Source: an uncultured delta proteobacterium (GTDB taxonomy: Bacteria > Myxococcota_A > Polyangia > Fen-1088). Taken from it: a stretch of 64,000 nt of DNA. Each line of letters begins with the position of its first letter. Position 1 is the stretch's first letter. A program made the translations under genes and the position numbers. Below the pieces are notes generated by a model that was not told the DNA's origin, made no database searches, and saw only the letters and a list, made by a program, of their open reading frames with translations. Positions 30,757-40,611 of the stretch are shown here, piece after piece. The stretch spans positions 224,001 to 288,000 of the forward strand of contig CAVWIP010000015.1 of assembly GCA_963755125.1 (NCBI GenBank), written 5' to 3'.

Positions 30757-32084
30757 CACCAACCGTTCACGCAGAAGCCGGAGCATTCGCTATCGCTGGT
30801 GCATGAATTCTGTTGGCAGAACCCGCTGGCACCGCAGGAATAGTTGGCCGGACACGTTCCGCCACCAGCCACGCACGTGTTCTGGCAGCTATGGCTCGGG
30901 TTGCACGCCTGACCGGAGCTGCAGTCGGCATTGGTCCTGCAGCCGACAACGCAGATCATCGCTCCATAGCAATAGCAATACGAGCTGGGAGCGGAGTCAC
31001 AAATCATGGTGCCGCCTGTGGAACCGCCATCGCGCACACAGTCCGCGTCGGTCGAACAGTCGCCGGGTCCCATCCGGCATGTACCGCAGCCGGAGGACTC
31101 TCCGGGAGCTAGACACATGAGGAACATGCCACCAGGTGGCCCGCAATCGTCCTGCGAACGGCAAGGCGTTCCCATCGTCGCTCGCGGTTTGTCGGCGGAC
31201 GCATCGGGTGCGCCAGTGCTGCTTGTGCCACCACTGCCACCCGCACCACCCTTGCCGCCGGAACCCCCTGAAGCGGAAGACCCACCGGAACTGGTAGCTC
31301 CGCCTGTGCTTCTCGCACCGCCGTTCGCCTCCGCTCCTGCGTCCACACCGCCTGCCATGACGAAGGTCTTGCACTGGCCGCTCACGCACTCCAGGCCGAT
31401 GGAGCCGCCCTGAGCCGTATTCTTGCCATCCTCGGCCTGCTGGTAGTCGAAGCTGGCGCAGCCAAGGTTTCCGCAGGACACCGGCGGGAACGTGCACGAG
31501 GACGACTTGGCCAGGCCCACCTCCGAGATGGCACCGCAACAGGTTGGCTGGACCACCTGCTTGCAATCGCTCGCCAGGGTACAGGTCTTGGCCGTGGTCG
31601 CGATGGTCCCACTGGAATCGTAGCAGGATACGCCGCCGCCACTCGAAGACGCACCCCCCGGTTCCGCCTGTTCCACCGTTTCCCCCTGTGGCCGTGCTGC
31701 TGCTGCCGGCACCTCCAGAACTTGGGCAGTAGCATTCACACCCAACTCCCCCTTGGCAAAGGGCGAAACAAGTGGAGGGCCTTCCACTGCACACACCTGG
31801 CTCCCGCTGGACCCCGAAGCGCCACCCGTGCCGGACGTTGAGGTTCCGCCAGAAACCATGGTTCCGCCAACTGCCGTGGTTCCGCCCTGGCCCGTTCTGC
31901 CACCACCGACCGTGCTTCCACCTTGTGCCGTGTTTCCGCCAGAAGCGGTGGTGCCACCGGAGCTGCTGAGACCGGTCTTGGCGTTCGAACTACAGCCGTT
32001 GCCCAGAATTGCAAGGCAGAGCCAAAAGCCTGCAATTGTGCGCGGCCTGAAACGATTTGTTCGGTCGATGTTCATGATGCTCAC
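30717..32084 (-). CDS. Gly-rich, Cys-rich lipoprotein
   Basis: Signal ending LGNGC; two Gly linkers; CxxDxDC repeats. Confidence 0.8.
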   Translation of the reverse strand: MSIMNIDRTNRFRPRTIAGFWLCLAILGNGCSSNAKTGLSSSGGTTASGGNTAQGGSTVGGGRTGQGGTTAVGGTMVSGGTSTSGTGGASGSSGSQVCAVEGPPLVSPFAKGELGVNATAQVLEVPAAAARPQGETVEQAEPGGASSSGGGVSCYDSSGTIATTAKTCTLASDCKQVVQPTCCGAISEVGLAKSSSCTFPPVSCGNLGCASFDYQQAEDGKNTAQGGSIGLECVSGQCKTFVMAGGVDAGAEANGGARSTGGATSSGGSSASGGSGGKGGAGGSGGTSSTGAPDASADKPRATMGTPCRSQDDCGPPGGMFLMCLAPGESSGCGTCRMGPGDCSTDADCVRDGGSTGGTMICDSAPSSYCYCYGAMICVVGCRTNADCSSGQACNPSHSCQNTCVAGGGTCPANYSCGASGFCQQNSCTSDSECSGFCVNGWCYQTLGTCEPIPA

Positions 32085-32191
32085 TTGTCCTGAGGCGAAT
32101 GGAGATCTTCACGCAGCATGCGGAACAATCATCTGTGAATCCCGACTCATGGAAGGTGGCGGGGATGGACTCCACCTGGACTCCTGCCCAT

Positions 32192-32372
32192 TCAATTGGT
32201 CCCGCTGCACTCGCCACACATGTTGTAGCAGACCCCCTGACGGCAGCATGGCTGGTTAGCAATGCAAGGGCACGAGCATCCTCCCGTCGGAACGAATCCA
32301 ACATTGAGGGCTGCGAAATCAGCAAGGTACTGGTACGCAACTCGTGCGTTCAAGGCAGCAGTACGACAGCTT
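32192..32372 (-). pseudogene. C-terminal remnant of a Cys-rich protein
   Basis: GGCSCPCIANQPCCRQGVCYNMCGEC with no plausible start. Confidence 0.45.
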
Positions 32373-32703
32373 GAAGCAACGCCTTCTTCAGGTACTCCTG
32401 GAAAAAACTGAGCGCCTCTTGGTTCTGGCCGAGCTTTCGATAGCACTGCCCGATGTTGAACAAGAACGCCGGATCGGGTTGGGCGAGATAGGCGGCTTTG
32501 TACTCAAGGAGCGCCTTGTCGTACTCGCGAATTTCGTACAGGCGGGTGCCTTTCTCGTAGTGTGCCTTTGCCGTCACTTTGTCGTTCTCGCCGCCTTGCG
32601 CTATCTGCCCAGAACCCCCGAGAGAGAGCACGACAACCACACCCGCAAGCGAAAGCCGCCCTCGACGACATCGAGCAAACACCGACTTGAGCATGACGCG
32701 CAT
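32350..32703 (-). pseudogene. 3'-truncated secreted TPR protein
   Basis: AKAHYEKGTRLY...YKAAYLAQPDPAFLFNIGQCYRKLG; ends abruptly after the TPR. Confidence 0.7.
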
Positions 32704-32768
32704 GATACTACAAGTGCGCCCGTGCGGGGTCGGTCAAGTTGGGGACCGGACTGGTGGTGTGTAGGGAG

Positions 32769-32910
32769 CCGATTTGGTGTGGGGAGACTGAAGGTCCTGC
32801 GGTGAATAAGCTACGGGACTTGGGTCCCCTTTGATCCGTGTGCCCACCGTCGTCCGCATACCAGGGGTGGGGCATTTCGGTGCCAAGAAGATTTCGGGCG
32901 CCAAGTTTCA
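32769..32910 (+). repeat. Backbone repeat family A copy
   Basis: TGGTGTGG..AGAC.GA...TAAGCTAC...GGGTCCCCTTTGATCCG.GTGCCCAC.GTCG...ACCAGGGGTGGGG. Confidence 0.8.
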
Positions 32911-33175
32911 CGCGCCACGGTCTCTTCCGCTGGCGACCGCGCCGTCCATGGGTACCCCGACTACGTTGCTGAACGGTCACAGGCGCACCGGCGCCAGGGT
33001 CAGCAGTGACGGCATTCCCCCAACCTCTACATGGCTGGTGCCCAGCGCGGTGGGTCAGTGTCGCCAGCATTGCCGGCACCAATAGATTTGGCGGCACTCG
33101 CGCGGGTCTGGATTTTCCGGGGTTTGTGCCGCCATGACGCCACGGTCGCGTTTTTGTGATAACCTAGCCTCTGAG

Positions 33176-33535
33176 ATGTCCGGCGATTCACAGAATCCTG
33201 TTGCTCCAGCCTGCTCGGAAGATGAGCTGAGTGCCGACGCTGATCACCGGGCTATCCTCGCTCGCCGTGACTTGTTGATGGCCGTGGCGATGACGGGCTT
33301 GCTGGCATCGTGTGACGGTAATTCGTCGTCGGCAGGATCCAAAGGCGGTGATGCCGCGCCCCCAACTCAAGACGCTGCCATTACGATCACAGCGACTCCC
33401 TTTTGTGCCGCTGTCTCCACCGATGGGGAGTCGACTGATTCTGCCTGCAAGGGTGTGGATGGAGCGGATGACGGCGACGCGACGCTGGAGGCCGGCGACA
33501 CGGCGCCGAGCAGCATCTGTGTCTGCGTGTATTGA
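33176..33535 (+). CDS. Small lipoprotein-like/peptide precursor candidate
   Basis: 'RAILARR' leader, LLASC lipobox, acidic linker, C-terminal ICVCVY. Confidence 0.65.
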   Translation: MSGDSQNPVAPACSEDELSADADHRAILARRDLLMAVAMTGLLASCDGNSSSAGSKGGDAAPPTQDAAITITATPFCAAVSTDGESTDSACKGVDGADDGDATLEAGDTAPSSICVCVY

Positions 33536-33543
33536 CGGCGCCG

Positions 33544-34614
33544 TCAGCGGTTCGATGGTCCAAGATGTATGCGCTCTTGTCGCGCCAGTTTGGTTCTCCG
33601 CGCAAAGCGTGCGTCGGTGTGTTGAAGGACGATCGGATCAAGGGAATTTGCATCGCCGCTCGCGGCCAGAGCGGCGGCTCCGCATCCGCCGAGGCAACGA
33701 GGTAGGGCGACGCATCCACGGCAGAATTCAGGCGTGCGCTGTCGATAGTTGGTCACGGCCGGCGAGCGAACGATCTCGGCGACCGAAGTCGTCCGTGGGT
33801 CGCCTATCGCATCCGGGAAGAGAGGGCACAGTCGCATGTACCCGTCGCTGCCCAGGGCGAAATCCTGGTCCGATGTGCCGGCGGGGCAAGAGCCAAACCG
33901 AATGGTCGGGAAATCCTCCTGATCCAGCACACAAGGGGGCATGGGCCCACCCACCCGCAAGCTCATGTCGCGAAATTTCGCCTGGCTCGCCTGCCGAAGG
34001 GCTTCGAGCAGTTCACTGCGGGTAGGCAAGAGGTCCAGGTTTAGCGCGGACATGCCCCCCGTCAGAAAGCGCATGAGCACGACGGTGGTTATGCCCATTG
34101 CCTGCATCATGCCGAGAGTTGCCCCGACGAGATCGAAGTTGCAACGAGTGATGACGATGCTGCCGAGCACGGTCAAGCCGTTCTTCCGAAGCAGGTCGAC
34201 GCCCATGTGCAGTTTCTGCCAAGCCCCTGGCGTCCCGACCGAAGCGTCGTGAATTTCGGGGGTGGGACCGCTTAGCGTGACCTGGACCATCGCCGAAGGG
34301 AAACGCGCCATCTCCTGTGCCACGCGAGGGGTGATCAGGGTTGCGTTCGACACCACGTTCGCGCGAATCCCGCGCGCCGAGCACAGCTCCATCGCCGGCA
34401 ATAGGCTTTCGCAAGCGAAGGGTTCGCCCCCGGAAAAGGTGACTCGCTCGAAGGCGACCTCGCCGAGCGCACGGTCGAGCAGAATGAGCAGCTCCTTCGT
34501 CGCGAGCGTCCCGGTAGGCGTGTGATCGAAGGCGTTGTAGCAATGACGGCAAGCCTGATTGCAGAACGGGGTCAACTCGACCGTCAGCGAGAATCGTCTT
34601 CGGTGTTCGGCCAT
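33544..34614 (-). CDS. Radical SAM/SPASM-domain protein
   Basis: CNQACRHC (CxxxCxxC), FSGGEP; C-terminal CPAG...C...CRGCVALPRCLGGC. Confidence 0.92.
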   Translation of the reverse strand: MAEHRRRFSLTVELTPFCNQACRHCYNAFDHTPTGTLATKELLILLDRALGEVAFERVTFSGGEPFACESLLPAMELCSARGIRANVVSNATLITPRVAQEMARFPSAMVQVTLSGPTPEIHDASVGTPGAWQKLHMGVDLLRKNGLTVLGSIVITRCNFDLVGATLGMMQAMGITTVVLMRFLTGGMSALNLDLLPTRSELLEALRQASQAKFRDMSLRVGGPMPPCVLDQEDFPTIRFGSCPAGTSDQDFALGSDGYMRLCPLFPDAIGDPRTTSVAEIVRSPAVTNYRQRTPEFCRGCVALPRCLGGCGAAALAASGDANSLDPIVLQHTDARFARRTKLARQERIHLGPSNR

Positions 34615-34812
34615 GCTACCACTGCGCATCGACGACGCGAAGCAGACGCCACTGGCGAAGGAACTGCTTTCCTCGTTGGCGTGGTTTGCGCTGACCCATG
34701 CGACGCCCCAGTGTACCACGCACATCGTCAAAGAGAGAAGAAGGAAAGCGACACGGGGAACGGGACACGGAGAACAGGACCAGACCGTCTGCAACGCAGG
34801 TTCGTGCTGCCG

Positions 34813-34860
34813 CTACTTCCCCGCCATCTTCATCGTCTGCGCCAGCTTCACGGCTTCGGC
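34813..34860 (-). pseudogene. 3'-end remnant of a second copy of the 35611-36180 gene
   Basis: AEAVKLAQTMKMAGK* versus AEALKLAAGMKKA*. Confidence 0.5.
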
Positions 34861-35606
34861 GCGGCGAGCGAATGCTTGGCAATCACCACCTCGAGCCGAA
34901 CGCTGTTCGAATAGAGCGGTTCCCATATCTGAAAGACGCCATCCCACCAACGAACCGAGTAGACGCCGGGTTTGGCCAGCTCCCAAAATGGGCGATAGCC
35001 AAGGGGATTGCCCGACTGGTGCGCGCGTTCGATGAAGGTCATCGAAGCGATATCCCAGCGCCCAAGCATCTGTGTCTGGTGTGGCCCGACGACGATGGGC
35101 TCGTAGTTCACGAATTGCGGCGATGGCAGCGCCTGGTCTCCGTAGCTCACGAACTTCCGTCCGTCGGGAAAGACGATCTCGAACATGGGCTGAGAGGTTG
35201 CGGTGGTTTGGCCAAAGCCGGTTCTCAGCCGCTGCTCCGAATCGGAGCTGTTCTCCAGCATCAGCTCGACGGCAATCGGTGCGCCGATTCGCACGATTTC
35301 GTTCTTCGCTTTCAGTATCACGCGAGGTCGAACGAAGCTCTCTCTTACGGGCATAGCTGGACCTTTCCCCTCGCGCGCGGTCGAAGTCGGAGTGGCGGCG
35401 GCTTTCGAGGTGAGCACACCACCAAGGGCGAGTAAGGCAGCAAGGGCAAGCGCCGGCAGAAAGACAAGGCGCGTTTTTGCTGGTGCGCGCGAGTGACGCC
35501 TGACCGAGACTGCCTTGATCTGCACCGGGGCCTCTCGGTCGACATCACCGTGATTTGCATGCTGGCCGCTGCGCATGATGTGGTCGCCTGCAGCATCCGC
35601 CAGCAC
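34848..35606 (-). CDS. Secreted hypothetical protein (start uncertain)
   Basis: Hydrophobic signal LVFLPALALAALLALGG; Ig-like C-terminus KPGVYSVR..YSNSVRLEV. Confidence 0.6.
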   Translation of the reverse strand: MLADAAGDHIMRSGQHANHGDVDREAPVQIKAVSVRRHSRAPAKTRLVFLPALALAALLALGGVLTSKAAATPTSTAREGKGPAMPVRESFVRPRVILKAKNEIVRIGAPIAVELMLENSSDSEQRLRTGFGQTTATSQPMFEIVFPDGRKFVSYGDQALPSPQFVNYEPIVVGPHQTQMLGRWDIASMTFIERAHQSGNPLGYRPFWELAKPGVYSVRWWDGVFQIWEPLYSNSVRLEVVIAKHSLAAPKP

Positions 35607-35610
35607 GGGC

Positions 35611-36180
35611 CTACGCCTTCTTCATCCCCGCCGCCAGCTTCAAGGCTTCGGCAACGCCCTTTTCCGCTGCGGTCTTCTTCACCTTGGCCCTGTCCGCGCC
35701 CGTGAGCGATTTCAAGGCACCCAGGTACTGCCCTTGTAGTTTCCGTGCTCGCAATGCCGTCGGCGAGAGCTTCGCCTTCTTTGCCACCGGCTTGGCTGCT
35801 GTCGTCTGGGTGACATTGCCCTCCCGACGCTGCTCCCGGTACTTCTTGATCTTGCTCTTGGCCACGTTCCTGTGTTCCTTGCAGAGCATCCCAAAGATCG
35901 GAGCTGCTGGATTCTTGCAGCCGGGTACTGGACATAACTGCTTCTTCCGTGCCGCCATGGCCACCGCGGGTCCCACGATTTGTGTCTTCCGCGCCGCCAC
36001 AGGTGCCACATGCGCCACAGCCTGCTTGCGTGGTCTTCCTGCTCCGCGCTTTTGTGGGATGCCAAAGGCACCAGCAAGTGCAGCCTGGATTCGTTGAGCT
36101 ACGGCTGCTTCCACAGTGGCAACGAGTTGCTGGGTGAAGGTTTCGATCTGAGCGGTGATGTTCGGGTCGGTGTTGGGCAT
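35611..36180 (-). CDS. Basic putative nucleoid-associated/DNA-binding protein with AT-hook-like and CCCH Zn-finger-like motifs
   Basis: N-terminal helix, KRGAGRPRK, CPVPGC...C..H, K/A-rich tail; RBS AGGAG. Confidence 0.75.
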   Translation of the reverse strand: MPNTDPNITAQIETFTQQLVATVEAAVAQRIQAALAGAFGIPQKRGAGRPRKQAVAHVAPVAARKTQIVGPAVAMAARKKQLCPVPGCKNPAAPIFGMLCKEHRNVAKSKIKKYREQRREGNVTQTTAAKPVAKKAKLSPTALRARKLQGQYLGALKSLTGADRAKVKKTAAEKGVAEALKLAAGMKKA

Positions 36181-36319
36181 GATTTCTCCTGCGTGTCTTT
36201 CCCCGGCCATCGTATGGGCTGCGGGGAAAATGGGCAACCAGATCTCTGGCCATACTCTCGCTGCCATCGATGGGTGGATTTCCACGCCGGCTCAGATCTA
36301 ATGACGGGCGGCTAACCAG

Positions 36320-36392
36320 TTAGCTATCTCCCCACAGATTGCTGCCGGGTCCATGAACCTGGGTTCCACATACCGGGGGGGGTATGTTGATG
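36320..36392 (+). repeat. Backbone repeat family A copy merging into the lipoprotein spacer motif
   Basis: CCAGTTAGCTAT...GAACCTGGG...CATACCGGGGGGGGTATGTTGATG. Confidence 0.7.
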
Positions 36393-36406
36393 ACACTGAC
36401 GGCGTT

Positions 36407-37141
36407 TCAAAAGACACAAAGAAGAATCGTGCAATCCGTGCTGCAAAAAGGGCAACCGCCTGCGTCCGTCGGGTTCCCGCTGGCATCCAGAACAAGGCCA
36501 TTTAGGCTGCCCATGTCACATTGCTCGCCAGGTTCGAGAATGCCATCACCACAGCGGGGTATCGTTCCCTCATCTACATCCGCATCCAGTGTACTCACAT
36601 CCACGCCAGCATCTGCCACATATCTGCATACGATAGATTGCGTACACAGCCGCTTGGTGTAACAGGAATTTGTGTGCTCATCACAGTCGCTGTCCCACCC
36701 CGGTATCCATATGTCCCCGGGGTTGCAGGACAGTAGATCGCTGCAATGTACGCCCTCAGGCAACATGCACAGTACCGTGTTGCAGCCAGCTTGCAAGGAG
36801 TAGCACCCGACACCCACAGGGCACATGGGGGGGAGTCCCAAGAGAGACAGATCGGTGTCACCTTGGTTGCACATAGGAAGAATGGTTGCGTACACACCAC
36901 CCGGACTGTTCGTGCTACCTGTATCACCTATGCTGGCACCCCCTACTCCACCCGAACCAATGGTGCCACCAGTACCTCCCGTGGTTCCGCTGCTGATGGT
37001 GCTGCCAGCCTGGCCCCCACTTGCGGCTCCGTCATCATGTGCGCTGATCTTCAGGCCGGAGTTGTTACAGGCCATTCCCAACAGGCCAGCCACGAGAAGG
37101 GCTGCCGGAATAGTTGGTATCTTGAACAGTGGGACGAACAT
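36407..37141 (-). CDS. 'MFK'-family Cys-rich lipoprotein (DUF4215-like myxobacterial repeat)
   Basis: LLVAGLLGMAC lipobox; CGDGILEPGEQCD. Confidence 0.85.
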   Translation of the reverse strand: MFVPLFKIPTIPAALLVAGLLGMACNNSGLKISAHDDGAASGGQAGSTISSGTTGGTGGTIGSGGVGGASIGDTGSTNSPGGVYATILPMCNQGDTDLSLLGLPPMCPVGVGCYSLQAGCNTVLCMLPEGVHCSDLLSCNPGDIWIPGWDSDCDEHTNSCYTKRLCTQSIVCRYVADAGVDVSTLDADVDEGTIPRCGDGILEPGEQCDMGSLNGLVLDASGNPTDAGGCPFCSTDCTILLCVF

Positions 37142-37200
37142 GGCTCACATGTGCCGGCGTAGGTGGGTAAGTTGATGTTCTTGCCCGCGCTTGGTCAGGG

Positions 37201-38568
37201 TCAGTGTCCCAGGGGTACATACTGGCACGTCGTAGTACACCATACCTCGCTGCCTGCCGGACAGTTGCAGATCTGGGTGCAGCCCAAGATCATCCCAACG
37301 CCTAAAGGACAACCAGCATCCCCTGGGTTTCCTTGGCTGCCAGCATCCGTTGGGTTCCCATTGGCATCGAGACACATGCCATTCAACTTGCCCAAGTCAC
37401 ATTCCTCGCCCTCATTCGTTTCGACGATGCCATCACCACAATAGTAGGAGCGAGGTTTCGTGCATCCGAACGTACATCCGTTGGGACCGAGGTCGGAGCC
37501 ATTCAGCTTGCCGAGGTCGCATTGTTCTGGGCCGTTGACTATGCCATCCCCGCAGAAAGCCCCCCACGTGCATCTTGTCGTACAACCGCCATACGTGTTG
37601 TCGTTGTTCGGCCCTGGGCATCCCCCTGGAACTGGAATCGTTCCATCGCCACAGTCACACTCCTCTCCGGCTTCGAGAATGCCATCACCACATCGACCAC
37701 CCTGGTCACTGCCCCCGTCGCAGCTCACACTACCGTCGAGCTGGTTACCACAAATCCGGGTGCAGGGCTTCCCCGGTACGCGACACTGCCACCCGGGTTC
37801 AATCGTCTGGCAATCTCCCGAACAACCGTCACCGCTGACCGTGTTCCCGTCGTCACATGCCTCGTTGGAGGTCAGAATTCCGTTCCCGCATAGGAGCGGG
37901 TCTACGCATGTCTGCCCTGGCATTGGTAGACACCAGTTTGTTTCGAGCTGACAGGTGGCACTGCACCCGTCACCATTGTTGGTGTTGCCGTCATCACACT
38001 GCTCACCTGGGTCCAGTATGCCATTCCCACAGCAGCCTACCGGTCCACCATCTATGCCAGTATCCGAGGCACCCGCATCCACAGGCAGCATGCACACGGT
38101 TGTTGCATCGAAACAATACTGTTGAAAGGAATAGCACTCCCGGCCTGCTGGGCAGGGGCCGTCTATCTCCTGGTCGCCTGGGTCGCACATCATGATTGAT
38201 GCGCATATAGGAGGAGAGCCGGTCTGAGCACCAGTTCCGGAGCTGCTGGCAGTTCCACCACCCCCACTCGATCCGCCGGAACCAATGGGGCCACCAGCAC
38301 CACCTGCGTTGACACCCCCAGCTCCACCAGAACCAATCGTGTCACTCGTACCACCTACGCTGGCACGCCCTGCTCCACCCGAAGGACTCGTTCCACCCGA
38401 ATCTCCAGTTGTTCCGCTGATGCTGCTGCTGCCTACCTGACCTCCACTTGCATCTCCTGCATCACCGGCTCTGCTCTTGAGACCAGAGCTGCTACAGGCC
38501 ATTCCAAACAGGCCAGCTACCAAAAGGGCCACCACAGTCGTTGGCGGCTTGAACATTGGGACGGACAT
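37201..38568 (-). CDS. 'MFK'-family lipoprotein with multiple myxobacterial Cys-rich (DUF4215-like) repeats
   Basis: LFGMAC lipobox; five CG(N/D)G....E.CD repeats. Confidence 0.88.
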   Translation of the reverse strand: MSVPMFKPPTTVVALLVAGLFGMACSSSGLKSRAGDAGDASGGQVGSSSISGTTGDSGGTSPSGGAGRASVGGTSDTIGSGGAGGVNAGGAGGPIGSGGSSGGGGTASSSGTGAQTGSPPICASIMMCDPGDQEIDGPCPAGRECYSFQQYCFDATTVCMLPVDAGASDTGIDGGPVGCCGNGILDPGEQCDDGNTNNGDGCSATCQLETNWCLPMPGQTCVDPLLCGNGILTSNEACDDGNTVSGDGCSGDCQTIEPGWQCRVPGKPCTRICGNQLDGSVSCDGGSDQGGRCGDGILEAGEECDCGDGTIPVPGGCPGPNNDNTYGGCTTRCTWGAFCGDGIVNGPEQCDLGKLNGSDLGPNGCTFGCTKPRSYYCGDGIVETNEGEECDLGKLNGMCLDANGNPTDAGSQGNPGDAGCPLGVGMILGCTQICNCPAGSEVWCTTTCQYVPLGH

Positions 38569-38618
38569 CGCTCAGATGTATCGGGACCTGGTAGGTTGAT
38601 GTTTTGGTCGGTGTTTCA

Positions 38619-39332
38619 TCAAGGTCCAGGGTTAACGGTAGCCATGCACGTCGTGCTGCAACCAAAAGTGTCTATCGGACAGCCGGCTTCGGCTGGGTTC
38701 CCGTGGGCATCCAAGCACACGCCGTTCAGTGGCCCCAGGTCACACTGCTCACCATAAATCCAGTCTACAATGCCATCACCACAGCAATGCATGATTCCTG
38801 CATCGTCTCCATCAGCTGATGCGTCCTGTGGCTCAAGACGACCTCCGCCTGATGAAGTGGCACTGCAGATACCCGCATACTGACTTGCGGATGCTGTGCA
38901 TGCAACGGATTGATCACACAGCGTTATTGTGTAGCATAAGCTGGTGGTCTCACAAGCGGCATCCCCAGTTGCTCGTGTATCACCAGGATTACACGACACT
39001 GGATCATCACAATGCACGCCCTCGGGCAATACGCACAGCACGGACCCACAAGTGGTTGACAAAGAATAGCACTCGCGCTCCGCAGGGCAATCCCCTGACT
39101 GGCCAACGCCCACCTGCTGGTCACCTGGGTTGCAGTAAGGGTAGACCGTGCAGATAGGCGTAGACCCCCCTGTGCCCCCCTGGCTATTGGTCGCAGAACC
39201 TCCCGAGCCACCTTGGCTAGGGCTCCTATAACTGGCTGTGCCACCTTGGCTGCATGTCGCTAGGGTGATGGTGAGCGCCAGCCCCATGCCGGCTACGAAG
39301 AGAGCTGTGACAGCTGTTGGCATCTTAAACAT
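38619..39332 (-). CDS. 'MFK'-family Cys-rich lipoprotein
   Basis: LATC lipobox; RBS GGAGG; paralog of 45415-46158. Confidence 0.85.
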   Translation of the reverse strand: MFKMPTAVTALFVAGMGLALTITLATCSQGGTASYRSPSQGGSGGSATNSQGGTGGSTPICTVYPYCNPGDQQVGVGQSGDCPAERECYSLSTTCGSVLCVLPEGVHCDDPVSCNPGDTRATGDAACETTSLCYTITLCDQSVACTASASQYAGICSATSSGGGRLEPQDASADGDDAGIMHCCGDGIVDWIYGEQCDLGPLNGVCLDAHGNPAEAGCPIDTFGCSTTCMATVNPGP

Positions 39333-39339
39333 TTGGTCC

Positions 39340-39448
39340 TCCGTCTGCTCACCCGGTGAGCGCCAAGCTCAGTCCCACCAATGATCAGCTCCCGTGCTGT
39401 CCGCTTGAGGAAGCTCTCGATGCGCTGCCGGACATCCTGTTCCTTCAT
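39340..39448 (-). pseudogene. Internally deleted copy of the MKEQDVRQRIE lipoprotein
   Basis: MKEQDVRQRIESFLKRTARELII joined directly to the downstream intergenic sequence seen at 46160-46196. Confidence 0.75.
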
Positions 39449-39664
39449 GACCCCGGGAGCATGGTAACGCTTTTCCGGTCCATGGGAGGTGGGAAGCGGT
39501 AGACGCATCCGGCTAATGCGGCTTGGAACGCTATATCAAAGCCGGTACCGGTTGGGTGCTCACCATGTTGGGGAACTCGATCATCTTCCTGACCCCGTCG
39601 ACATCGACCACAGGGTGTGCATCACCCATCGTCTTCCCTTTCAGATCTCCCGTTGGTCGATGGC

Positions 39665-39943
39665 CTACGAGTTGAGCGCTTTGGTCAGCACCACGCTGGC
39701 CTTGAAGGTCACCACGCGGCGGGCACTGATCGTGATCTCTTTCCCGGTCACCGGGTTGCGACCGGGGCGTGCCTTCTTGTCCCTGACCACGAAGTTGCCG
39801 AAACCTGAAATCTTGATCTTGTCGCCCTTTTCCAAGGTCGTCTTCACCGTCTCGAACACCGTCTCGACGATATCGATGGCCTCTTTCTTCGAGAATCCGC
39901 CGTCCTTCGCGTAGACGGCGTCGGCTATGTCCGCCTTGGTCAT
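39665..39943 (-). CDS. ihfA: Integration host factor alpha
   Basis: MTKADIA...KIKISGFGNFVVRDKKARPGRNPVTGKEITISARRVVTFKAS. Confidence 0.92.
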   Translation of the reverse strand: MTKADIADAVYAKDGGFSKKEAIDIVETVFETVKTTLEKGDKIKISGFGNFVVRDKKARPGRNPVTGKEITISARRVVTFKASVVLTKALNS

Positions 39944-40019
39944 GTGACTACGTTCGCCAGAAAACCCGTCGGTGTCAAAGGGTTGAGCAGGCTGGGGTAT
40001 GCGGGAGATGGGCAACCAG

Positions 40020-40170
40020 ATCGAAGTTGAGCCAGCAGGTCGTGTCTCCGGTGGACTTGATCTCCCAGGTCGGGTTTCGCTGCCGACTTCACCTCTCAGG
40101 TCATGTTCCCGGTGGACTTGATCTGCCAGGTCATGGTTTCGCCGCCGACTTGACCTCGCAGATCATGTTG
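40020..40170. repeat. Five degenerate ~31-bp tandem units upstream of ihfA
   Basis: GACTTGA.CT..CAGGTC cores with CAG(G/A)TC at 40036, 40066, 40097, 40127 and 40159. Confidence 0.7.
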
Positions 40171-40296
40171 GCCAACCGGGGCTGCCGGGCTGGTGTGCTG
40201 GCCATGCTGGAGAACTTGGTGTTCTTCCCGCCCGCGGTTCACCTTGACACTCATCGAACGCGGCAGAAGAGTGGCGCGGGAGAAATGGAGGCAACG

Positions 40297-40611
40297 ATGT
40301 GCTGGTACCACTACTTGGCGTACTTTTTCGGGGGTGCCTTTCTCGCGAACACGCTGCCCCACCTGGGCAATGGGATTTCAGGACACCCGTTCCAGAGTCC
40401 GTTTGCGTCGCCGCCAGGGGAAGGGTTGTCCTCCTCGACGGTCAACGTCCTGTGGGGTCTCTTCAACTTGGCCGTCGGCTACTTGCTTGTCTGTCGCGTT
40501 GGGAAATTCGATCTGCGCAGGACCCGCCACGTGCTCGTACTCGGGGCGGGCATCGTGTTCATCTCGATCATGCTTGCCCGTGGCTTCGGTCGGTTCCACG
40601 GCGGGCTGTGA
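40297..40611 (+). CDS. Small conserved-looking membrane protein
   Basis: FFGGAFLANTLPH..GISGHPFQSPFASPPG.GLSS..VNVLWG; RBS GGAGG. Confidence 0.75.
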   Translation: MCWYHYLAYFFGGAFLANTLPHLGNGISGHPFQSPFASPPGEGLSSSTVNVLWGLFNLAVGYLLVCRVGKFDLRRTRHVLVLGAGIVFISIMLARGFGRFHGGL

